Shown here piece by piece: positions 7,530 to 14,786 of a stretch of DNA of 17,601 nt (position 1 is the first letter of the stretch; each line of letters starts with the position of its first letter). The DNA lies in NCBI GenBank assembly GCA_963720755.1, contig CAVRGP010000004.1, positions 1 to 17,601 of the forward strand, in the 5' to 3' direction. This stretch comes from an uncultured Chloroflexia bacterium (lineage in GTDB: Bacteria > Chloroflexota > Limnocylindria > Limnocylindrales > CSP1-4). The translations under genes and the position numbers were made by a program. The notes below the pieces were generated by a model, which worked only from the letters and a program-made list of their open reading frames with translations, was not told the DNA's origin and searched no databases.

Positions 7530-8704
7530 TAGACGTCCTTGGCGATCAGCAGCAGGCTGGCATTCCGCTCGTGGATCCGTTCGTTCGCGATCATCAGCGA
7601 CGCGGACATCGAGTCGCGCAGGTGCCGGCCCACGCTGAACGGCGTGTCGTTCTTGTACCCGACGATTCCGCAGATCCCCATCGCGCCCTGGCAGACGCGC
7701 GGCGCCTGTTCGGAGGCCGCGATCTTCAGGTTGTTGAAGCGCAGGATCGTGGCCATGGTGGACAGCCGCTCACGGTCTGCGTCCCGGTCGATGTCAGTGA
7801 AGTCCCGGAGCCCCGACGACACTTCGGCCCGGAGCAACGACAGCTCGCTCATGAGGTGGGACAGCCGCTGCGCGGTCGGCGGCACGACATCGGGTCGCTG
7901 CTTGGCCGACGCCCGAACGAAGGCCCTGGCGCGGTCGAACGCGTCCGTCGCGATCCCGAGCCACAGCTGTGACCAGAGGATGTGGGTGATCGGCACCATC
8001 GACTCGGTGGCCACGACCGGGAACGGTGTCGCCAGGATCTGGTCGGTCGGGAATTCGGCGCGGACCACGAACCCGGGCGAACACGTCCCTCGCATGCCCA
8101 GTGGATCCCAGGTGCCCTTCTGCTCGAGTTGGACCTGATCGCGGCGGGTCACGACCACGACCTGATCGCCTGGTTCGGCGTCCGGCGATCGGCGGAGCGT
8201 CGTGAACAGGTCGTCCGCGTAGGCGGCATATGAAACCGTCGGGGCTTGCTTCTCGAACGTCGCACGCCCGTCACCGGCTGGCGTCACGGCGGCGATCGAT
8301 CGGCCGAGGTCTCCGCCGGTGCCGATCTCCGACGTGGCCGAGGCGATGAGACGTTGGTCCGCGACCACGTCCCGCAGGTATGCCTCGTGCCACGGAGCGC
8401 CCTCGAGGTGGCGGACCATGGAGGCGATCTGGATCTGGTGCATCGCGAAGACCATCGCACTGGAGCCGCAGCGGCGGCCCAGCTCGAACGAGGCCGCAGC
8501 GATCGCCTCGAACGAGACGCCCCCACCGCCTAGGTGCGTCGGCACGAACGCCGAAAGGGCTCGCTCCGCGCGCAATGCGTCGAGCGCTTCGACCGGGAAG
8601 CGAGCGTTGCGGTCGACGTCGTCGGCGTTCGGTCCAGCGACCTCGTCGGCGATCCGACGGATGGCCGTCAGGAACGCCCGATCCGCATCGACGGCGATGC
8701 TCAT
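7529..8704 (-). CDS. Acyl-CoA dehydrogenase-fold flavoprotein (atypical; probably acts on aminoacyl-ACP), 391 aa
   Basis: Motifs: VDRNARFPVEALDAL, VPTHLGGGG, SSAMVFAMH, ATSEIGTGGD, WDPLGMRGTCS, NNLKIAASE, GICGIVGY, VGRHLRD. The ATG overlaps the ACP stop (ATGA). Confidence 0.88.
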   Translation of the reverse strand: MSIAVDADRAFLTAIRRIADEVAGPNADDVDRNARFPVEALDALRAERALSAFVPTHLGGGGVSFEAIAAASFELGRRCGSSAMVFAMHQIQIASMVRHLEGAPWHEAYLRDVVADQRLIASATSEIGTGGDLGRSIAAVTPAGDGRATFEKQAPTVSYAAYADDLFTTLRRSPDAEPGDQVVVVTRRDQVQLEQKGTWDPLGMRGTCSPGFVVRAEFPTDQILATPFPVVATESMVPITHILWSQLWLGIATDAFDRARAFVRASAKQRPDVVPPTAQRLSHLMSELSLLRAEVSSGLRDFTDIDRDADRERLSTMATILRFNNLKIAASEQAPRVCQGAMGICGIVGYKNDTPFSVGRHLRDSMSASLMIANERIHERNASLLLIAKDV

Positions 8705-8982
8705 GCCGCCGAGACTCCGAGCTGCTCGAGTGCTCCCCGGATGGAGGCGACGCTCTGGAAGACGCTTCGCTTCAGCATCGCATCGGGGAACTCGACATCG
8801 AATTCGGCTTCGAGGCCGAGCATCAGATTGACGCTCGCATGGGAGGTCATACCGGCCTGGTACAGGTCCGAATCCTCGCCCAGCGAGGCGATACCGACCG
8901 GTAGGCGCCCGTGTTCACCGATGACCTGCCGGATCCGGCGATCCACATCTGTTGCTTCGTTCACGACCATCGCCTGACTCAT
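8701..8982 (-). CDS. Acyl/aminoacyl carrier protein (93 aa; alternative ATG 8970)
   Basis: DSDLYQAGMTSHASVNLMLGLEAEFDVEFPDAMLKRSVFQSV is an acidic four-helix ACP pattern, with the putative phosphopantetheine Ser in GMTS (codon 8844-8842). The 243-aa ORF-track version (start 9432) is over-extended. Confidence 0.9.
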   Translation of the reverse strand: MSQAMVVNEATDVDRRIRQVIGEHGRLPVGIASLGEDSDLYQAGMTSHASVNLMLGLEAEFDVEFPDAMLKRSVFQSVASIRGALEQLGVSAA

Positions 8983-9007
8983 TCCCCCACGTCGGATTGC
9001 GGCGACG

Positions 9008-9020
9008 AGCATACGACACC
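9008..9020 (-). promoter_or_regulatory. Candidate -10 promoter element (GGTGTCG-TATGCT) for the ACP operon
   Basis: TATGCT (a TAnnnT match) lies 25 nt upstream of ATG 8982. An 11/13-identical copy occurs at 10378-10390 upstream of the methyltransferase. Confidence 0.3.
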
Positions 9021-9084
9021 GCGGCAGGATCGCCGCCGGACTGGCCGCCTTTGGGTTGCTCGCGCGCACCGTCGCGGAACCCAC

Positions 9085-9417
9085 GCCCGGCGACTGGAAC
9101 GCGGCGGGAGAGACGACGCTGTACCTTGGTGAACCGGCCGGCTCCGTCGTCGAACTGGAGAACGGCTTCCGCTTATACCACGCAGGTGACACGGACTTGT
9201 TCGGGGACATGGCCAGATCCGTGAGCTCCATCGCCCGGATATCGCTCTCCGACCGATCGGTGGGCCCTTCACCATAGGCCCGCGCGAGGCTGCCCTTGCC
9301 AATGGGACCTTCCCGTTCCTGGCCGGGACACCGGACGAGCTGCGCGCCGCAATCGATCGCCGCGGCCTGGCCGACGTTACGATCCACGCGCCGGAGCCGG
9401 GAGGCAGCGTCCCCTGA
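9085..9417 (+). pseudogene. Degraded metal-dependent hydrolase (MBL-fold, UPF0173/YtkL-like), 3' remnant
   Basis: Frame +2 reads GDWNAAGETTLYLGEPAGSVVELENGFRLYHAGDTDLFGDMA. After a frameshift at about 9215-9216, frame +1 continues IRELHRPDIALRPIGGPFTIGPREAALA-NGTFPFLAGTPDELRAAIDRRGLADVTIHAPEPGGSVP* (TGA 9415-9417). The N-terminal HxHxDH half and the 'xxLxxxxVIPxHY' segment before GTFP are missing. Confidence 0.8.
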
Positions 9418-9452
9418 TTCGCGGCACAACATCCAACCGGCCCACCAATCGC

Positions 9453-10259
9453 CTACGTCCGGCGAGCGACGTAGTGCAGTTCTGACGAGTCACGGCCGGT
9501 GCCGCCCGGCTCGACCGAGTGCCCTTCAAGATCGAGGCACTCGATCAACGTGAACCCAAGCGCGACGAACTGACGTTCCTGAGCGTCGCGCGAGATGTAG
9601 TAGTGGAGTGCCGAGAAATCCACAGAACTGTCGTTGAATATCGCGTAATTGACCTCCTCGTGCTCGTAGGGGGTCACGCGGCGGCGATTGCGAATCCGGC
9701 GCGGGAGCCGACCGACTGTTGCCACGAATTCGCCCACACCCATCGACCGGACGGCGAGCGATCCGCAATCCCGCCCCGCATGGTCCCGATTATGGCTCGA
9801 CATGATGAGCAGACCATCGGGAACGAGGACCTCACGGATGGCCCCCAGGACCGTCCGGCGATCCGCGTCATCGAGCACATCCAGGACGTTGAACCCCGCC
9901 ACGACCACGTCGAATCTCGCTGATCCGAGTTTGCCAACATCGCGCAGATCACCGACCTCGAACGCCCCGGCCGGGTAGTGACGACGGCAGTACGCGACCA
10001 TCGATGCCGAGAGGTCGATCCCAAGCACTGAGCGACCGAGCTCGAGGAGGTAGCCGGTGAGACGGCCGGCCCCGCTGCCGAGCTCCATCACGGCGCCGGA
10101 CAGCTCCTCCCGATAGCGAATCAGGAGGATCACCTCGACCGGTCGCAGTCGACGGTTGGCATATTCCCGTACATGGTTGCCATCCCGCCACAGACGCTCG
10201 TTCGCCCGTCGCTGGGCGATGTCCGACTCGATCGATCCCGACTCGGTCGCAGTCGTCAT
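9453..10259 (-). CDS. Class I SAM-dependent methyltransferase (268 aa)
   Basis: Motif I VMELGSGAGR, post-I GIDLSASMV, motif II FDVVVAGFN and motif III VLVPDGLLIMS. ATG 10259 (MTTATES) is preferred over the ORF-track start at 10382. Confidence 0.88.
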   Translation of the reverse strand: MTTATESGSIESDIAQRRANERLWRDGNHVREYANRRLRPVEVILLIRYREELSGAVMELGSGAGRLTGYLLELGRSVLGIDLSASMVAYCRRHYPAGAFEVGDLRDVGKLGSARFDVVVAGFNVLDVLDDADRRTVLGAIREVLVPDGLLIMSSHNRDHAGRDCGSLAVRSMGVGEFVATVGRLPRRIRNRRRVTPYEHEEVNYAIFNDSSVDFSALHYYISRDAQERQFVALGFTLIECLDLEGHSVEPGGTGRDSSELHYVARRT

Positions 10260-10446
10260 ATCGGGTATCCGGACGGGGTGGCGACGTACAACCGCCGAAG
10301 ACCCAAGCAAGAAGCGATCACGAGGGCCATGCCTTTGGATTGTGCCGTCGCGAGAGGTGGTCAAAGTTGCTGGCGCAAGCATACGGCATCATCGCCCTGC
10401 ATCCTTCGACCCAGGACATATGGATTGCGCTGACGCACCGTTGTTC

Positions 10447-10494
10447 GACTGCCGCGCCGGCCGGTCCTGAAGTCCGTTGGCCGGCGCTGCAGTC
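10447..10494 (-). terminator. GC-rich stem-loop, candidate terminator/stabilising hairpin of the catabolic operon
   Basis: GACTGC-C-GCGCCGGCC (10447-10462) pairs with GGCCGGCGC-T-GCAGTC (10479-10494), a 16-position stem with 1 mismatch. It sits 10 nt past the enoyl-CoA hydratase stop and has no U-tract. Confidence 0.5.
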
Positions 10495-10504
10495 CGATTC
10501 AGCT

Positions 10505-11341
10505 CTAGTCCTCGCCGCCCAGTCGTTCCTCGTATCGCGCATCGCGCCAGGCGAGGGCCGCCTTGAGACCATCGCGCCGGACGATGGCATCCCACTCCCG
10601 CTGCTCGGGGGTATCCGCGGCGTTGATGATGGCGCCGAGATCGATCCCAGCCTCGACCGCGATGCGAAATCCGGTCGCGTCCATCGCCCGGTTGAGCATC
10701 CGCTTCGTCGGAGCCATGACGTCGGGCGGCGTCCGGGCCAGACGGTCCGCCAGGGCGTCCACCTCGGCGGCGAGGGCCTCCGCGGGGACGACCCGGTTGA
10801 TCAACCCGATCCGCTCTGCCTCGACGGCATCGATGAGGTCGCCGGTCAGGAGCAGCTCTCGGGTCTTCTTCTGGCCGATGAGGAAGGGCATCAGCAGGGC
10901 CACCGGCGCCGACCCGTAGCGGATCTCCGGCTCGCCCATCTTGGTTCCCTCGGCCGCGATGACCAGATCGCAGGCCATCGCCAGTTCGAGGCCCCCGGCC
11001 AACGCGTAGCCATGGATCTGAGCGATGACCGGCTTGGGACAATCCAGCACATGAAGCGTGGCCGCGACATCGGTCGCGAGGAGCTCGCGCCACTCGACGG
11101 GACCGGGCGTCCCACCGTCGGCTTCCTCGGTCAGGTCGTACCCGGAGCAGAACGCGCGGCCCGCCCCCTGGAGGACGATGACCCGGACTCGCTCGTCGGC
11201 GATCGCGGCGTCGATCGCCTCGGTCAACCTCCGAACCAGATCCGCCGACAGGGCGTTGAGCTTGTCCGGGCGGTTCAGGGTCAGGCGGACACCCCAGCCC
11301 GTCGGTTCGGTCAGGAGGATCGGATCGTTCGGCGAGGTCAC
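10505..11341 (-). CDS. Enoyl-CoA hydratase/isomerase (crotonase) family protein (278 aa)
   Basis: Motifs: LTLNRPDKLNALS, GAGRAFCSGYDL, PKPVIAQIHGYALAGGLELAMACD, GEPEIRYG, ELLLTGDLIDAVEAERIGLINRVV. The GTG overlaps the ligase stop (GTGA). Confidence 0.95.
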   Translation of the reverse strand: MTSPNDPILLTEPTGWGVRLTLNRPDKLNALSADLVRRLTEAIDAAIADERVRVIVLQGAGRAFCSGYDLTEEADGGTPGPVEWRELLATDVAATLHVLDCPKPVIAQIHGYALAGGLELAMACDLVIAAEGTKMGEPEIRYGSAPVALLMPFLIGQKKTRELLLTGDLIDAVEAERIGLINRVVPAEALAAEVDALADRLARTPPDVMAPTKRMLNRAMDATGFRIAVEAGIDLGAIINAADTPEQREWDAIVRRDGLKAALAWRDARYEERLGGED

Positions 11342-13542
11342 GATGCGGGCCCTTCCAGCACGACCAGGGCATCGACGGCGATCGCGCCGGACGTGGAGGC
11401 GATGACCGGGTTGAGGTCGATCTCGAGCAGGTCGGACCGCTCGACGCCGAGCTGCCCGAGCGCGACGAGCATCGACACGATTGCCCCACGATCGACCGGC
11501 AGTCGACCGCGAACGCCGCGCAGCAGGGCCGCGCCCCTCAGATCGTCGAGCATCGCGTCTGCCGCGCTCGCATCGAGCGGCGCCAGCCTGATCGAGACGT
11601 CGTCGAGGACCTCGGTCAGGATGCCCCCGAGACCGACCATCACGACCGGTCCGAACTGCGGGTCGCGACGAAGACCGACGATCAACTCGACGCCTGGGCT
11701 CGCCATCGGTTGGACCAGCAATCCCCGGATGGTGAGACCGTGGTGGCGGCCTGTGTCGAGCAGCGTGAGGGCCGCCCCGTAGACCGCGTCATCGCCGCGC
11801 AGGCCGAGAGCGACGGCACCCAGGTCGCTCTTGTGGGTGAGGCCGACCGCGTCGAGCTTGAGCGCCACGGGCTGACCGATCGTGCGGGCGGCCGCCACCG
11901 CGGCAGCGGCGTCGCTGACCGCGACGGCCTCGATGGTCATGATCCCGGCGGCACGGGCGAGTGCCAGGCTCTCCCGTTCGGACAAGGACATCGGCGGTCG
12001 GGCGGCGGCAGAAGGCGCTGGGTCGGCACCGTAGCTGGTCCGGTCGGCCGCCAGCTCAGGCCACCCGGTCCGCCACGGCCCGCCCGAACGTCGACGCTCG
12101 TGGTGAGCCTCCCACCGGGCCACCTGGGCGATCGCCCGGAACGCCGGCACGGCGCCACGCAACAGGGGCGCGCCGCTGCCCTCTCCGTCGAGCAACGCCT
12201 TCGTCTCGGGCGGTGGCTCGCCAGAGGTGAGCGACACGTACGCGGGCAGGATGGCCGGTCGGTCGCGGGTCGCCGCCAGCAGACCGGCCGTCACCTCGTT
12301 CGCGGTCGCCACCTCGGATACGAGTGAGCGGTACGGGAAGTCATGGACGATGACCAGGACGTCGTAGGCGGCCGACGCGGCCATCGCCTCGAACGCCGCG
12401 CCATAGGCAGCCCCGGGGTCGTCCGCGCCCCACGGGTCGAGCGGGTTGCCGACGTACCCCATCGTGGGAAGCGCCTCGAGGATCGCCGCCCTGGCGCTCG
12501 CGGGGATGGGTGGCAAGTCCAGGCCGGTCGTCGGCACGAGGTCGGCGATGAGCGACGCTTCCCCGGTCGAGACCGTCACCACCCCCGTCCGGCCTCGGCC
12601 GACACGGCGGCCGGTCCGCCGGATACCCTCGACGAGTTCGGCGGCCTCGAGCAGCTCGTCAAGGTCGCGGCAGCGGATGACCCCGGCGGCGTCCAGCGCC
12701 GCATCGGTGACCCGCGCCTCGCCGGCCAGTGACCCGGTATGGGCCATGGCGGCCGTTTTCGCCTGCTCGCTCCGACCGACCTTGACCGTCATGATCGGCT
12801 TCCCGAGTTCCAGGGCCCGGTCGGCAAGGGCCAGGAAGCGCTCCGGGCGCTTGAACCCCTCGACGAACAGGATCACCGAGCTCGTCTGCGGGTCATCGAG
12901 GCAGTAGGCGAGGTAGTCGCACACGTCGAGCACGACTTCCGATCCGCAGCTGATGATCCGCGAGAAGCCGATCCGATCACCCGAGTGGACGAACGCGTCC
13001 GACACGGACCCGGATTGGGCGATGCCCGCGACGCCGCCTCGCGGCAGGTATGGCGAGACGTCGCCGATGTAGGTCGCGCTATTCGTGGTCAGATCGATGA
13101 CGCCCATGCAATTCGGCCCGAGGAGCGCTAGTCCGTGTTCGCGGGCGATCCCGGCAACCTCGGCCTGCATCGCGGCGGCTGCGGGACCGCCCTCGACGAC
13201 CCCGCCCCCGGGGATGACGACGGCCGGCACGCCGGCAGCGGCCGCCGCGGCTGTGACCGATCCGGCACGCAACGGGTTGAGAGCCACGACGACGACGTCG
13301 GGCCGCTCCGGGAGCGCCTCGATCGATGGGTGGCAGGCTTGTCCGTACAGTTCGTCGTACTTCGGGTTGACGAAGTGACAGCGCGTCGAGCTGCCCAGGA
13401 CGCGCAGGTTGTCTCGAACGGTCTCGGCGATCCAGGATCGGGGCGAGGCTCCGACGACGGCGACGCTTCGGGGCGCGAACAGGGGTCGAAGGTCGATCGT
13501 GCCGGCCGCCGTGGTCCGCGCATCGTCGCTCGGCGACGTCAC
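11338..13542 (-). CDS. ADP-forming acyl-CoA synthetase (acetate--CoA ligase family, fused alpha/beta), 734 aa
   Basis: Motifs: LFAPRSVAVVGAS, GPNCMG, AQSGS, KVGRSE..KTAAMAHTGSLAG (phospho-His), GNPLD, and ATP-grasp HKSDLGAV, ELIVGLRRDPQFGPVVMVGLGG, EIDLNP. GTG 13542 overlaps the ACAD stop. The ORF-track start at 14001 is over-extended. Confidence 0.92.
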   Translation of the reverse strand: MTSPSDDARTTAAGTIDLRPLFAPRSVAVVGASPRSWIAETVRDNLRVLGSSTRCHFVNPKYDELYGQACHPSIEALPERPDVVVVALNPLRAGSVTAAAAAAGVPAVVIPGGGVVEGGPAAAAMQAEVAGIAREHGLALLGPNCMGVIDLTTNSATYIGDVSPYLPRGGVAGIAQSGSVSDAFVHSGDRIGFSRIISCGSEVVLDVCDYLAYCLDDPQTSSVILFVEGFKRPERFLALADRALELGKPIMTVKVGRSEQAKTAAMAHTGSLAGEARVTDAALDAAGVIRCRDLDELLEAAELVEGIRRTGRRVGRGRTGVVTVSTGEASLIADLVPTTGLDLPPIPASARAAILEALPTMGYVGNPLDPWGADDPGAAYGAAFEAMAASAAYDVLVIVHDFPYRSLVSEVATANEVTAGLLAATRDRPAILPAYVSLTSGEPPPETKALLDGEGSGAPLLRGAVPAFRAIAQVARWEAHHERRRSGGPWRTGWPELAADRTSYGADPAPSAAARPPMSLSERESLALARAAGIMTIEAVAVSDAAAAVAAARTIGQPVALKLDAVGLTHKSDLGAVALGLRGDDAVYGAALTLLDTGRHHGLTIRGLLVQPMASPGVELIVGLRRDPQFGPVVMVGLGGILTEVLDDVSIRLAPLDASAADAMLDDLRGAALLRGVRGRLPVDRGAIVSMLVALGQLGVERSDLLEIDLNPVIASTSGAIAVDALVVLEGPAS

Positions 13543-14714
13543 CCGACGACCCGATCGACGCCCCGCTTCTCGAGCGCCCGGGCGATGATCATCCGCTGGA
13601 TCTCCGAGGTGCCCTCCCAGATCCGGTCCACGCGCAGCTCGCGCAGGAAGCGCTCGGGGGCGAACTCCCGCATGTAGCCTCGCCCGCCGTAGACCTGGAC
13701 CACGCGATCGGCGCACCGCCAGGCGGCTTCCGAAGCGAATAGCTTGGCGAGCGACGCCTTGGCATGGACGACCTTCCGGTCGGCCCCCGTATCGGCGAGC
13801 CAGGCGCACTCCCGTGCGAGCAGACGTGCCGCGGAGGCATCGGCGGCGGAATCTGCCAGAGGGAAGCTGACCCCCTGGAAGTCGTAGATCCGCTCGCCGA
13901 ACTGGATGCGCTCGGTCGCCCATTCGAGTGCGAGGGAGAGCAATCGCTCCATCGCCCCCGCACACCGAGCGCCGATATGGATCCGCTCCTCCACGAACCA
14001 CTCGTTGGTCAGCTCGTCCGCCCGGCCGACACCGCCCAGGACAGCCGCATCTGGCACCCGAACGTCGGTCAGGACGAACTGCGGATGCCGGTCGGCGAAC
14101 GTGTGGGTGTAGTCCGGATCGTGCTTGACGGCCAGTCCCGGCGTGTCGTAGTCGACCAGGAACAGGGTCGGCCGGCGCGAATCACCGTCGACGACCAGGC
14201 AGTGGAAGATCATGAAGTCGGTGTCGTCGGGTCCGGTGACGAACCACTTCTCGCCGTTTAGGAGATAGTCCCCGGTCGCCGGGTCGCGCACGGCGGTCGA
14301 GCTGAGCGTCCTGGCGTCCGACCCGGCGCCGTCCTCGGTCACGGCGTAGCTGCCCGACCGCTCCCCGCGGAGGGACGGCTCGAGATACCGCCGGCGCTGG
14401 TCGGCGTCGGCGTGGAGCAGGACGTTGTAGGCGCCCGGGATATACGACCACAGGCCGCCGGTCACCTGGCCGAGCTGTTCGTGGACGAGGACCTGCTCCA
14501 GAGCCGACCAGCCCTGGCCCCCGGCCTCGACCGGGAACGAACCGCCCTGGAGACGGGCGTCGATCGCCGCCGCCCGGATGGGATCGCCCCAGTGCCGTGG
14601 GACTCGACCGCCTGCCCGCTCGAACTCGACTTCGAGCGGCTGGAGGACGTCCCGGACGAACGTTCGGGCACGGGCCTGGAGTTCGAGTTGGGCTGGGGTC
14701 AGGGTCAGGTCCAT
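13539..14714 (-). CDS. Acyl-CoA dehydrogenase (canonical; alternative start 14750)
   Basis: N-terminus MDLTLTPAQLEL, then YAVTEDGAGSD, LNGEKWFVT, RIQFG..I.DFQGV, AKLFASE, VQVYGGRGY and RVDRIWEGTSEIQR with the catalytic Glu. Confidence 0.95.
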   Translation of the reverse strand: MDLTLTPAQLELQARARTFVRDVLQPLEVEFERAGGRVPRHWGDPIRAAAIDARLQGGSFPVEAGGQGWSALEQVLVHEQLGQVTGGLWSYIPGAYNVLLHADADQRRRYLEPSLRGERSGSYAVTEDGAGSDARTLSSTAVRDPATGDYLLNGEKWFVTGPDDTDFMIFHCLVVDGDSRRPTLFLVDYDTPGLAVKHDPDYTHTFADRHPQFVLTDVRVPDAAVLGGVGRADELTNEWFVEERIHIGARCAGAMERLLSLALEWATERIQFGERIYDFQGVSFPLADSAADASAARLLARECAWLADTGADRKVVHAKASLAKLFASEAAWRCADRVVQVYGGRGYMREFAPERFLRELRVDRIWEGTSEIQRMIIARALEKRGVDRVVG

Positions 14715-14786
14715 CGCCGTCAAGGATGCCCCACCCGGACCATCGGCCATCGGGTCCGTCGCGGGGCGCGGGACGAGCCGGTCCGG

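Noticed and set aside
8983-9432. N-terminal extension making the ACP a 243-aa protein
   Set aside because: It is the reverse complement of the MBL pseudogene; ACP similarity starts only at about 8982/8970.
10340-11782. 480-aa plus-strand ORF
   Set aside because: Antisense to the crotonase and ligase genes, with no independent motifs.
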